Source of the DNA: Octopus bimaculoides
Lineage: Eukaryota
Assembly (NCBI RefSeq): GCF_001194135.2
Contig: NC_068981.1
Location: 2,680,952 to 2,744,951, forward strand
DNA length: 64,000 bases
Direction of reading: 5' to 3'
The notes beneath the pieces are model-generated. The model saw only the letters and a program-made list of their open reading frames with translations. It was not told the DNA's origin and made no database searches. Both the position numbers and the translations under genes were made by a program. Shown piece by piece: positions 1 to 11,262 of the stretch (position 1 is the stretch's first letter; each line of letters begins with the position of its first letter).

Positions 1-149
1 CTCTGCCTGTTTCTCTCGCTCTCTGCCTGTTTCTCTCGCTCTCTGCTTGTCTCTTTCACTCCCTATCTGTCTCTCTCGCTCTCTGTCTGTCTGTCTGTCT
101 CTCCCGCTCTCTATCTGTCTCTCCCGCTCTCTGTCTATCTCTCCCTCTC

Positions 150-180
<31 letters not shown>

Positions 181-365
181 CTCACTCTCTGTCTCTCTCT
201 CTCTTGCCCTCTGTCTATCTGTCTGTCTCTCTCTTGCTCTCTGTCTGTCTGTCTGTCTGTCTCTTGCTCTCTCTCTGTCTCTCTTGCTCTCTGTCTGTCT
301 GTCTCTCTCACTCTCTGTGTTTGTCTCTCTCTGTGTTTGTCTCTCTCTGTCTCTGTCTCTCTCTC
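1..365. repeat. (CT)n/(CTGT)n compound microsatellite
   Basis: Continuous CT/CTGT low-complexity run; explains ORFs 47..505 and 175..369. Confidence 0.97.
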
Positions 366-944
366 TCAATGTGAAAATGAGTTATCTGCACTGCAACGTC
401 TTATTTATCATTTTCTATTGCTTTGATCTCAGGAAGAAATTCTGTTTTTATTTAAATATATCATCAATATTCTCATGTTGGTGTTTTACAAGCATTTTTA
501 ATTAGGGTGTGTTTTCATGATTATCTATCTATTTTTCTCTCTCCTTATCTCTTTTTACTAATTACTACATCTTATAAGCAGATACATTTTATTTTTATTA
601 TTACATGTATATATAATTTTTATTAGTATTTGAAGGTATATTTGTACTTATTCAAATGCATGGATAAATATAGAAGTCTGGTAAAAAAAAAATTGGTGAT
701 AGGGAAGATAAAATGTTTTCTGTTACTTTTATCTTAAACAACTTTAAGGGATGTATTATAAAATATTGATGCAGAACCAGCCTCCTTATTAAATAGGATT
801 GAACCTGTCTATATCAGATATGAAGGATGACTAATATGTACGAGAGTATATTTTTAGTGGTAGTTTTATGTTGAAATGTCAAATTTATTTTATATATATT
901 ACAGTTAATTTGCCTTTTTTGCAATAGTATGATGTACAGATGGA

Positions 945-958
945 TGTGTGTGTGCGTG

Positions 959-1001
<43 letters not shown>
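945..1001. repeat. (GT)n microsatellite
   Basis: Near-perfect GT run. Confidence 0.97.
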
Positions 1002-1006
<5 letters not shown>

Positions 1007-1128
1007 CAAAAGATGCATACCAAACAAATGTTCCAGACTTCATGAAACATTCCCACAGTATATTAGAACTTAGCTGTCTGAAGGAAAAATTCTTAATCCA
1101 ATATATATGTATTTTTTATTGTATGCAG

Positions 1129-1247
1129 GCAAGAATACTTTACAGGACAGAAAAAAGTCTCTCGGGAAATCTTTAACCCGAACATATGGATTTAGATTGC
1201 CTAAAACATCAAAAGCTCTAAGAAAAACGCAGTCTTTAAAGATTAAG
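1129..1247 (+). CDS. Candidate internal coding exon (phase 1 in, phase 0 out), possibly upstream exon of the TPR gene; KNTLQDRKKSLGKSLTRTYGFRLPKTSKALRKTQSLKIK
   Basis: Acceptor ttttttattgtatgcag|GC, donor AAG|gtacag, 39 open codons with retained CpGs; phase 0 exit fits the phase 0 entry of exon 15778. No recognised homology. Confidence 0.35.
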
Positions 1248-2349
1248 GTACAGTTAAATTGTTGACTTGGCTCAATAGTAGCACTTAACAACAGTAATGC
1301 ACAGTGTGTCTTACCAAAGTATTATACTTACTTTCTTTTTGAGTGTGTAGTCAGTTGTAGTACTGTAATATGCACTGCTTAATAATAACAAATAGCTAGT
1401 AAAGCACAATTAACATTGATGTTCCCAGAGATTGAAATTGTAGTGAATTTTAGTTGGAAGGAATTGTAATTATGAAAGATTTATTATATCTTATATTCTG
1501 ATTTGAATTTTCTGTTTGGAATTTTGTATTAGGATTAAGACAGGCTTAATGATTACAATTTTATAATCACTGAGAATGTATTTATTGATAAGTTAATTAG
1601 TATATAAAAAAAAACAACAAATTATTGTTGTGTTAAGAAAGGTAGTTTTAAACACTCCCACACTTTGTAGTTATATATTTAATTCCTGAGTTATTTTTAC
1701 CTTTTAGTACTGATCATTGTTTATACAAATTCAAAACTTATGCTGCCCATGGCCTAGCTTATATCCTCTGCATAGTGTTCAGTCCTTTTTTTTTCCAGTT
1801 GTAGAAACATGTAATTATATAAGTTCTCGCTAACCTTCCAAATGTCATTCAGTTGTAATTGTAACAATTAACCATTTGCACTTGAAACACCTCAGTTTTC
1901 TCTCACTCTCACATCTACTAATGGCATTCTTTTTATGTCATGCACAGATGATATCTAGATAACTAGTTTGTTATGTTTGACATTAACCAACATCTTGATT
2001 AATCCTTTTTGCAATGCAATTTCATTATCAAACTTTTACTATGAATTTTGCAATTAGGACCAGATACCCTGTAGATAGATACCCTCCACCCCATCCTCCA
2101 GTTTTGAATTATCTTAAAAACAACAGACAATAAATAGAAAAGCTATTTTTGTGAGTATTTACATGAACCTGGTATTAATTCTATATTTATCAATTGGTTG
2201 AGCAGCACTCTTCAGCCACTCATTTACACTTAGTTTCCTCTTTGTCATGAAATGTGTGAACATGTATAATGTTCTTTATCTAGGCTAAAACTGAAGGTGA
2301 AGTTACTAGTCTTTGCAACTGCCATGAGAAATAGGACATCTATGTAAAT

Positions 2350-2475
2350 AATGGTTTCAAAGTTTGGCACAGGGCCTGCAGGTTTCGGAGGGGATGGGGG
2401 AAGTTGATTACATTGACATCGGTATGTGACTGGTACTTATTTTATCAATTCCAAAAGGATGTGAAAGGCAAAGTA
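2350..2475 (-). mobile_element. SINE family A, partial
   Basis: Reverse complement of the gcctttcatcc...aagtaccag central/3' module seen in full copies at 28498 and 60169. Confidence 0.7.
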
Positions 2476-2774
2476 CAACTTATTTGTGAAACAATGTATC
2501 TATGACTACATTACTGAATGCATTTTTACATTTTTTAAAATTGAATGAAGGATTTGAAGATTTGTCTACTTATTTCCAGCAGGCCAAGTGGCTACATAAA
2601 GGCTCCTTTGTTGGTTTTCAATGGGGTAGCTCAGTATCTCCTCTATAGTAAGACACATAACTTTATCTCTCTATTATACTCTAACCTCTTACCTGGTACA
2701 AACCCACTTCTCTCTGTTCCACACTCTCTCCAAGCTGAGAGGTTTTTGTCTTGCAAGTTACTTGGTAACCCCTC

Positions 2775-2968
2775 TGGTGCTGGTGTCACATAAAAAGCAT
2801 CCAGTACACTCTGTAAAATGTTGGTGTTAGAAAAGGCATCCAGCTGTAGAAACCATGCCAAAGCAGACAGTGGAACCTGGTGCAGCTCTCTGGCTTGCCA
2901 GCTTCTGTCAAACTGTCCAACTCATGCCAGCATGGAAGATGGATGTTGATGATGATGATGATGATGAA
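2775..2968 (+). mobile_element. RTE LINE 3' tail (5'-truncated) ending in (GAT)n
   Basis: ggcatccagctgtagaaacc...catgccagcatggaag...gatgatgat, shared with more than ten copies in the window. Confidence 0.8.
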
Positions 2969-3004
2969 GATGGAAGAATTGTTAGTGCATTGGAAAAAAA
3001 GGTT

Positions 3005-3390
3005 AGCAGCATATTGTCTGAGTTCAAATCCTGCCACGAACAGCTTTGCCTTTCATCCTTTTGGAGTTGATAACATAAAGTACTAGTGAAGTATTGAGGT
3101 CGATATAATCAACTAACCACTTCCCTTAATAAAATTCCTGACCTTATGTCAAAATTTGAAACACTCTTATTATTTTCTGGTAAAATTGTTAGCATGCCAG
3201 ACAAATGTTTAGTAGCATTTCATTTATCTCGACATTCTGAGTTTGAATTCTGCTGAGATGAGGTCAGTTTTGCCTTTCATTCTTTTAGGGCTAGTCAATT
3301 ACATGGAACCCAGTTCAGCACTGGGACCAATATAATTGACTATCCCCTCCACCAAATTTCAGGCCCTGTGCCTGTAGTAGAAAATTATAT
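3005..3390 (+). mobile_element. Two adjacent degenerate SINE family A copies (~3005-3166, ~3185-3390)
   Basis: B-box-like gagttcaaatcc / gagtttgaattc followed by gcctttcat module. Confidence 0.7.
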
Positions 3391-3904
3391 TATTTTTTAT
3401 TTGTTTATATATTTTTCACCTTGGAACAATGAAAGTCAACCTTGACATAGAACAAATCTAGAATGTAGAAGGATGGAATGGATGAAATATTTTTTTGTAA
3501 TCTTTTAGTCAGGAGAGAAGAGAGTGCTTATGACCCTTTCGAGGGTGTTTGAGACTGGTAGGAAGGGGGGCAGAATTTTAAACTGGTGACTTGTCCCAAA
3601 TGCCTGCAACTGAGTGCACTCTACTAATGACAACCAAGAAGCAGGTGGGTGGTGTTGAAGCAGGTGGTGATGTTAAAACAGGTGACAGATTAAGTCTACA
3701 TCCAAATAAACCATGGTGAGAGAATTTAAATTGAGAACACAAGGAGCTGGAATAAATACTATAAGGCATCCAATTTGATATTCTGAGAGTTTTGCAAAGC
3801 CACTGCTCTGGATTGGTACTTTTCTTTTTATCCCAAGAGGAGATAGTATTTGTTGTGGTATTTACTGTTTCTATCATATGCTTGTCTTTCAGTATTAATT
3901 AATA

Positions 3905-4000
3905 AATGGTTTCTAATATAGGCACAGGCATTCAAAGTTTAGTGGAAAGGTATAGTTGATCTAATCAACCTTAGTGATTGACTGGTACTTATTATTAGTC
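3905..4000 (-). mobile_element. SINE family A 3' fragment
   Basis: aatggtttctaatataggcacaggc...actggtactta matches the reverse complement of the family A 3' end. Confidence 0.55.
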
Positions 4001-6018
4001 AATTTGTTAACATTTAACCCTCTGAAACTGTAACAAAAGAGTTAATCCCAAATCTTGAAAACTAAGTACAAAAATGAATGATGACTTATCTGGGCTAATA
4101 CAAAACAGCCCACTATTTTATAAGGAAGTGGAAATGGTTGATTTTATGGACATTTTATTGACTTATGTCATAACCTTTTGTTCTCAAACAATACTTAACT
4201 GAAATCATCAAATGGTTATTGAGGCTTTAATGCTATTATCAGGTTGCTGTTCCAATTACTTTTGTTTCTTATTCGACAGCTATCTAACTATTTATATGTT
4301 TTGCTCACCTACAACTGAGATAACAAACATTCCTTATGAGTCAGAGGGAAAATTTGAGCCATTTGTTGAACATTTGAATTGTTGGCTAGTTCAGCTTTAT
4401 ACCTTTTTGAGTACAGTTTTTACTGAAAGCTGTTTCTTTGACAGATGTAACATTGTTGATTTTTTTTTATTAAAAAAACCAAATTTAACTCATTTTAAAA
4501 TCCCCCCCCCCTTTTTTTTGTTTATTCTACACAGAAAAATACTTGGGAAAATTTATTTAGAATGTTAGTTTTGTAGATATTATCTGCTTCAGACTTGTTT
4601 AGCATAATATTTACAACCACAAAATCCATCCAACCCAATTTGTCATCATCATCATTTAATGCCTGGTTTTGCACCGTTCTTCTATACTGACTTACCTACT
4701 TATTTTTTGCAATGACTATTTCTGTTGAAATTCCTTATCAAGCAGCCCCACCAATAAATTTCGTACTTGTTTCACAGCAGTTATTGTATACTTCAAAGCA
4801 AATATACTTGAAATATAAAATTTCTGTGAAAACTGCCATAGTATTTTATGTCTATTTATCGTTCTTATCATTAATAATCATTACACTTGATTTAGCTTTG
4901 AATTAAAAGAAAGGGCAAATAAAAAAAAAACTTTGTACCTTTTTCACCTCATGGCTAAGGTATAAAACAAAAAAGTATTTTTGTTCAATCATTATATTTT
5001 CTGAATCTTAGATTTATGGAGATATTTAAAATGGGTATTCCGCTCAATTTTCATTTAGCAATGAAAATTTATGTTGTATTTCTTTTTATTTTATGTGATC
5101 AAAATTTTCTACAACATGCCATTATCGAATTTTCTCATAAAATACTTTCCTATTATATTTCTTTTATTTTTATTAGACCATCTCTGCTTGTTGTTTGACA
5201 GGCTTTGAGAATAATTTCTGAAAGGACTGAGATGGGGGGTTTTTTGTTGTTTTTTTTTTAAATTTTTCTCTTCCTCTCCAATGAAAACCCTAATCTCTAT
5301 TTTGAATTTTTGTTTATTAACTTACTTTTCACAAGTGCCACAAATAGTAAGGTACCTAAGAAAATCAGTGTTTTTCGGCCTTTTAAGAATGGTGACACTA
5401 AAAGAGGAAACAACACTTCAGACATGTAATTTTTATGAATTAATTATCATATAGCTGTTGAATGTAATGTAATCAGATTGTGAAAGTAAGCATGAATGAT
5501 CACAATAGGTAATGAATGTTAATCTGCTCATGTGAAAAATATTCTGACCTCAGATAAATTATATTGAGACACCTGTATTATTTTGTGACACGCAGGTGGA
5601 AAATGACTTACACCTTTTAGTTTTCACTTGCTATATTCAGTATTCAAATCCTGCAACGGTCAACTTTACCTTTCATCTCTCTATGGTTGATGTAAGAAGG
5701 TAGTGTATTCAGAATCATTAGCTTGACTAAATCTCTTACTTTTTAAATAGGTAGAACTGTCTCATTGTGAGAAAGAAATTTTTATTATAGTTAATCCCTC
5801 CACACATACTTAAACACACTTCTTTTTATTCATTGATGTTTATTGGACTGGTCATGCTGGAGCATTTCCTTCAAAAGTCTTTTGATTGTATTAACTCCAG
5901 CACTTCAGTCTGGTACTATTTTATCAATCTTTATTGAAATTACACTAAATTACAAGACATAAGCAGATGCAATATAACAACACCTGTTTTTTTAGACCAG
6001 TGTAAGAATAAACACACA

Positions 6019-6052
<34 letters not shown>

Positions 6053-7024
6053 TCTGCACAGTTTTCATCTACCAAATCTCCAAATATTCCACTCATAAGA
6101 CATTAGTTATAGTAGATTTTGTTTGTACTGTGAGGTTGGACTCAGAATTACATGATGACATTCAGAACCTCCTAACCACAAACCCATACACATACAGAGT
6201 AAAGAAAGAAAGAGAAAAAATTTTCTTTTGGAGCCTTCTTTCCCTGTTTCTGGATGTTTCCACCCCAGGCTTGTTTTTCTTTGGTGGTGGAACTCTGATC
6301 ATTTCTCTGCATTCTTTTCGAAACAATCGGTTTCTGTCACCTCTCCTTGTGTTTGCTGTGAGTTATTGAAGCATACTTCACATTTGTTGGATTGAACTCA
6401 TTCCATCTTACAACTAAAATGTCACTGAATCTCTTGCTTCTAAATGAGTTTACTTTTTACATTTCCTGTATTTTGTTGATGGGTTTCCAGCTTTTACAAG
6501 TATGGCTATGTGGATAAGAGGTTTGCTTTACAACTGTTTGGTTTTTGGTTTTGAATTCAATCTCATTGTATGACACCTGGTAACTGTATTCTCTCATATC
6601 TTTTAGTTGATTAAGACCCTATGAGTGAACACTTTTGTAGGTGGAAATTGTATGGAAGCCAAGTGGAAGAACCTTTCTTGTTCTTGGTTGGTTGACTTAA
6701 TCTGTCACCCTTGGGTGCCTTTGGCCAAGTATATTTTGTTGCAAGTATTTAGGCAAGGTCTCAGGATTAACATAACTTCTTCCCTTCCTTGCAGCAGTCT
6801 AAGGATCTTCTCTCACTGAGCATCAACAACAACAACAACAATAATAATAATAATAAAGATTAGGCAGGACATTTCATTTTGTGATTAACAATTTCGCCTT
6901 GCTGCTCTAAACATTTGTTAATCATTTTGTGTCCTGTAATTTTGAAATCAATTTCCTGCTTTTATTTTTCTCCATTATCCAAATACACCCCATATTGATT
7001 CATACTTCTTTATATTTCTTGTAG

Positions 7025-7135
7025 TTTTTGGTTCAGTCTCACTGTATGGCACCTTGAGCAAGTGTCTTCTACTGTAATCTCAGGTCAATTAAAGCCTTGT
7101 AAGTGGATTTGGTTGATAGAAACTGATAGAAACTC
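7025..7135 (+). mobile_element. SINE family B 5' part
   Basis: ggttcagtc B box, then ggcaccttgagcaagtgtctt (CORE-like) and ggatttggttgatagaaactga. Confidence 0.75.
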
Positions 7136-7174
7136 CATTCAATGCACAGAAGCACGGGGAAGTTTATTATCGGT

Positions 7175-7386
7175 ATTATCAAGGCAGCAAGCTTGCAGAA
7201 TCGTTACCATGCCTGGCAAAATGCTTAGGAGCATTTCATCCATCATTCTGATATGAGTTCAAGTTCCACTGAGGTCAAATTTGCCTTCTGAGGTCGATAC
7301 AATAAGTACCAGTTGAGCACTGGGGTTGATGTAATTGACTTGCTCCTTTCCACAAAATTGCTGGCTTTGTGCCAAAATTTGAAACC

Positions 7387-7387
<1 letters not shown>
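7175..7387 (+). mobile_element. SINE family A
   Basis: A-box-like ttgcagaatcgtta, B box gagttcaagttcc, aagtaccagttgagcactggggttgat, 3' end ggctttgtgccaaaatttgaaacc. Confidence 0.8.
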
Positions 7388-7435
<48 letters not shown>

Positions 7436-7436
7436 G

Positions 7437-7497
<61 letters not shown>

Positions 7498-7499
7498 CT
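7388..7499. repeat. (ATT)n(ACT)n(ACC)n compound trinucleotide microsatellite at SINE tail
   Basis: Direct reading; source of poly-I/T/Y/V ORFs. Confidence 0.97.
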
Positions 7500-7919
7500 A
7501 GACTTTACAGATGATATAATGCTTGTCAAAAATAATATCAAAAATAAATTTAACATGCAGGACTTGCCAACTGAGTAGAATATACTTATTAGATGTTCTC
7601 AACAAAGTTAGTGTATGGAACATACCTCAGAGATATATTCTTTTAGTCATATTGTTGATATTCATAATCAGTGTTACTGCATTCATATCATCATCATCTA
7701 TCTGCTTTCTATGCTGGCTTGGGTCCAATTCAGTTCTTATTTGTAGTTACTACCCTCTTAGATGGGTTGGAAAATCATGTCTAGCTCATATGTTTCATAT
7801 TTGGCATGGCTGAATGCCCTTCTTTCATAAATTATTCTGCAAAAACATACTTGCTGCATTTTATCATGATACCAGCACTGGAAAAGTTGCTACCTCTCCA
7901 TTCATTTGCTATGGATATG

Positions 7920-8275
7920 GAGTGGCAGACTGGGTCTAAAAATATTGGTTGCCAGGAGACTAAGGGAGCTCATCTGCAACAAGGGGCCCCACCTGTAACT
8001 ACAAGGGGGCCCACCCACAACTACAAGGGGGCCCACCCACAACTACAAGGGGGCCCACCCACAACTACAATGCTATCATTTATTTATTTTTGCTTGTTAA
8101 AAGTATTCTTTTGAACTGTCTACAAACACAGCCAGGCTGAAATAACTAAAGCATTCTTCCAGGAGTGAATAGAAAATTCTCAAACTTGAGGAGATGGGCC
8201 CCCATATATGGACTCTAATGGTGCAGAGGCCTACTTGTCATTGGGTAAGCTAGCAACCTGGCCAGTCTGCCACTG
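7920..8275. mobile_element. hAT-type MITE with internal 22-bp minisatellite
   Basis: TIRs (g)agtggcagactgg / ccagtctgccactg (13/14); perfect 8-bp TSD tggatatg at 7912-7919 and 8276-8283; aactacaagggggcccacccac x3 at 7997-8062. Confidence 0.88.
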
Positions 8276-9254
8276 TGGATATGTTTTATTGTAAAACTGG
8301 CATTAGTGAGATGGTCGTGTATCATGTAAATCTAAAGAATTTTTACTACTCTGATATAGTTGTATTCATTAGGTAACATGTTCAAGAATGTGATTAGAAG
8401 AAAGGGTGATGACAAATGAATCAAGAAGGGTAGATGAAGGTTGCAAGAGAGTAGAGAGTGATGGATTAAGGGAGATTAATAGAAGTGTCGATGGTTGATG
8501 ATAAATAGGAGTGGAAATGGTATGAGTGAGTCAATAGTATGTGGCTGTGGGAAGAAGGGGTGGGGATGAGTAACAGTACAGAAACAGTGATGGTATGTAA
8601 TTATGGATTCTGCCTTTAATTAATATTGCAGAATAACATGGCAAATAGAAGAGAAGGTGAGTGGAGAGAAGGTGATGCTTCATTGAGGAAATATAAGACC
8701 AAAGCATGTAGGTTGCTTCCACCTGTAGGCTTTGAAGACAAAAATCATCTCATGTCTGTATTGTGTATATTTTCTAGAAAGTTCAGTTGACTGGTCTTAT
8801 TGTAGTTATCTCCCTTGATTGTTGATTTTTGGATTTTAATCACCCTTAGAAGTACTTTTTGTCTACAGACTGTGGGAATGATCTTAGTTAATCCAAATTT
8901 TTAAACTCACTATATTATATATGTGAAACCCACTTCATTTGTATTTAATACCCAGAATGTACCCCTGGTAATCTCTCTCAATCAGATTAGCAATATTAAG
9001 AAAATGTAGCTTTAAAGAAAAGATTGAAAAAAACCTTAGGAATTCTAGGCACTATTAATTGATTATATAGCTTATATAATGTTTGATGGAAACAAAGATA
9101 AGTCCTGAGGAATTCTGTTCATGTCAAATTTCTTACATACAAAACAAAACACATGAATTTTCTTACCAATATAATTAAATTTAGCTTATTTGATTTAGTA
9201 TTTGCCTTAATTAAAAATAATCTCCAGTCTTTTTAAAAATTATATTGTCAACGA

Positions 9255-9417
9255 TCTATACTATAATGAGCAAATTTGCATTATTTACATTTGACGGATA
9301 TTTGTCCTCATCTCATTTGTTGTTAACACAACGTTTCGGCTGATATACCCTCCAGCCTTCATCAGGTGTCTTGGGGAAATTTCAAACCTGGATTCTCATT
9401 CCTAAAGTATTTTTTGA

Positions 9418-9475
<58 letters not shown>

Positions 9476-9530
9476 TTTCTTCAAGTCACTGCTTGGAATC
9501 AAACTCTGAATCTTGGAGTTAGTAGTCCAT
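9255..9530 (-). mobile_element. SINE family D (tRNA head, (AAT)n, Penelope-like tail), missing first ~30 nt
   Basis: Reverse complement of the 9531-9811 and 42988-43237 copies. Confidence 0.85.
9325..9370 (-). ncRNA. Minimal type I hammerhead ribozyme motif (Penelope-type), intact core
   Basis: Minus strand: gacac-CTGATGA-a-GGCTG-gagggtatat-CAGCC-GAAA-CGT-T-gtgtt. Stem II 5 bp; stem I acac/gtgt plus G-U; palindromic ACGT stem III; extra A after A9. Confidence 0.7.
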
Positions 9531-9811
9531 GGGCATATGGTGTAGTGGTTAAGAGCGCAGGCTACTAACCCCAAGATTCTGAGTTTGATTCCAAACAGTG
9601 ACCTGAATAATAATAATAATGATAATAATAACATCGAAAAATACCTTAGCAATGAGAACCCATGTTCAAAATTTCCCCAAGACACCTGATGAAGGCTGGA
9701 GGGTATATCAGCCAAAATGTTGTGTTAACAACAAACAAGATGAGGACAAACATCCACCGAATGTAAATAATGTAAATGTACATAATTCCTCATCTTTTAA
9801 ATAGAGAACTG
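9531..9811 (+). mobile_element. SINE family D, full length, hammerhead core mutated (GAAACG to AAAATG)
   Basis: A box TGGTGTAGTGG 9538-9548, B box GAGTTTGATTCC 9581-9592, (AAT)n, ctgatgaaggctgg...cagccaaaatg at 9686-9720. Confidence 0.88.
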
Positions 9812-10949
9812 TTTGAACAAATTTGCTTATTAACCCCTTCATTGCAAAATTAAATTTCATCGTTATTCCAGTAATGATGTTAAATATCTACCAAAAATAG
9901 AATTGGTATTTGCAGAAAGTCACATTGCCTCAGTAAACCTGACATACCTCAACAGAAATTAGTTTCAAACATGACATTCCTCAATAAAAGATAGATTGCT
10001 ATGTAAAACTGCTTTCTGCAGTTAAGAGTAATGAAACTTTGAGTGGTTATATCTGATTTCTGCAGTAAAAGAGTAACTTTTTACTAAAAGAAAGCAATTA
10101 TTAAAGTCTACACTGTGTAGAAAATTCTTGAAAATTCTAATTTTCACATATTTTTATCAAAATGTGGTTTTTAAAATTGTTATATTATTGAGAATTTCAG
10201 CTAAATGATTCAGTTTTCTACAAGATAAAATCTTACTCTGTGAGATAACATTTTTTTAATGTCTTACTCCCTTCTCTCTCCATTTTTTTTTGTTTATTGC
10301 TTCTATTCCTTTGTCTTTCTCTATCCTTATAATCTTTCTTTGCTTCTTTTACTCTTATCCACAGTTTTTTCCTTGCAACACACTCTCTCAACTGCCTCTG
10401 TTGATTTGTTTTCATTATAAATACATGATTACAAAGTTTTTCTTTCTGTTTAGCTCCTCTACTCCTCTCTCTCTCTTTCACTCTCTCTAACCTTATAACT
10501 TTTCTTCTTTCACTCATCCTCTTTATAGTATTTTTTAATGCCTTACTCTCTTCTTTCTCTCTTTCCATTTCTTTGTGTCCTGCCCCTACTATGACTAGTC
10601 TTTCTCTTTGTCTATCCTTATAACATTTCCTCTCTCACTCTTAGCCTCGGTTTCTTTCTTTGCAATGTGCTCTCTCTCTCCAATTATTTTCTTTAAAATC
10701 AAGGGATTACAAAGGTTTCCATTGAGATAATTTGAGAGTATTTGTGAGAATTTTTTACATTATATCTATTTATTATAAGAATTACATTGAATTTCTTTAT
10801 TTCAAGTTTTATTTGGTTATACACAAATGTGAAAATCATGGTCCTTTGAATAATGAAAGCCTTGGGTTAGTTTCTGTACCTGAATTGTCAGCTTTGTGTT
10901 TATTAAGTAATATATTGATTTCATTTAACATATTAAGTTGTTTGATAAG

Positions 10950-11262
10950 AGGAGGATGGAAGATTTGATGGGAGTGCTGGGGTTGGAGGAATCAGTGGAA
11001 TGGTTGGTATAGGCATGTGTTGAGGAGGGATGAAGAGCATGTTCTGAGGAAGGTGATTGCATTTGAGGTAAATGGAGCATGAAAGCGAGGTAGACCGAGA
11101 AAAAGGTGGAGGAAGAGATTGGGAGGGTTGGTTTGAAAAAGGAGGATACCCAAAACTGGGCAAGATGGTGTGAGGGTGGTTGCTATGGCATTGAAGTAGA
11201 TCCGGCCACCCCCGTTAACGGGGGAAAAAAACAGATTTAAAACACTGGATGATGATGATGAT
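10950..11262 (+). mobile_element. RTE-clade LINE 3' fragment with (GAT)n tail
   Basis: Encodes WYRHVLRRDEEHVLRKVIAFEVNG..KRGRPRKRW (RTE C-terminal motif), with stops; tail gatgatgatgat. Confidence 0.8.

Noticed and set aside
47-505. 152-aa Ser/Leu ORF and other low-complexity ORFs (7243-7578, 9362-9715, 10233-10568, 38910-39359, 50064-50345)
   Set aside because: Translations of microsatellites, poly-A or CT-rich tracts.
9531-9600. tRNA-Ser(ACT)-like gene (loop CT-ACT-AA)
   Set aside because: No acceptor-stem closure or terminator; it continues into the SINE body and recurs at 42988. It is a SINE head.
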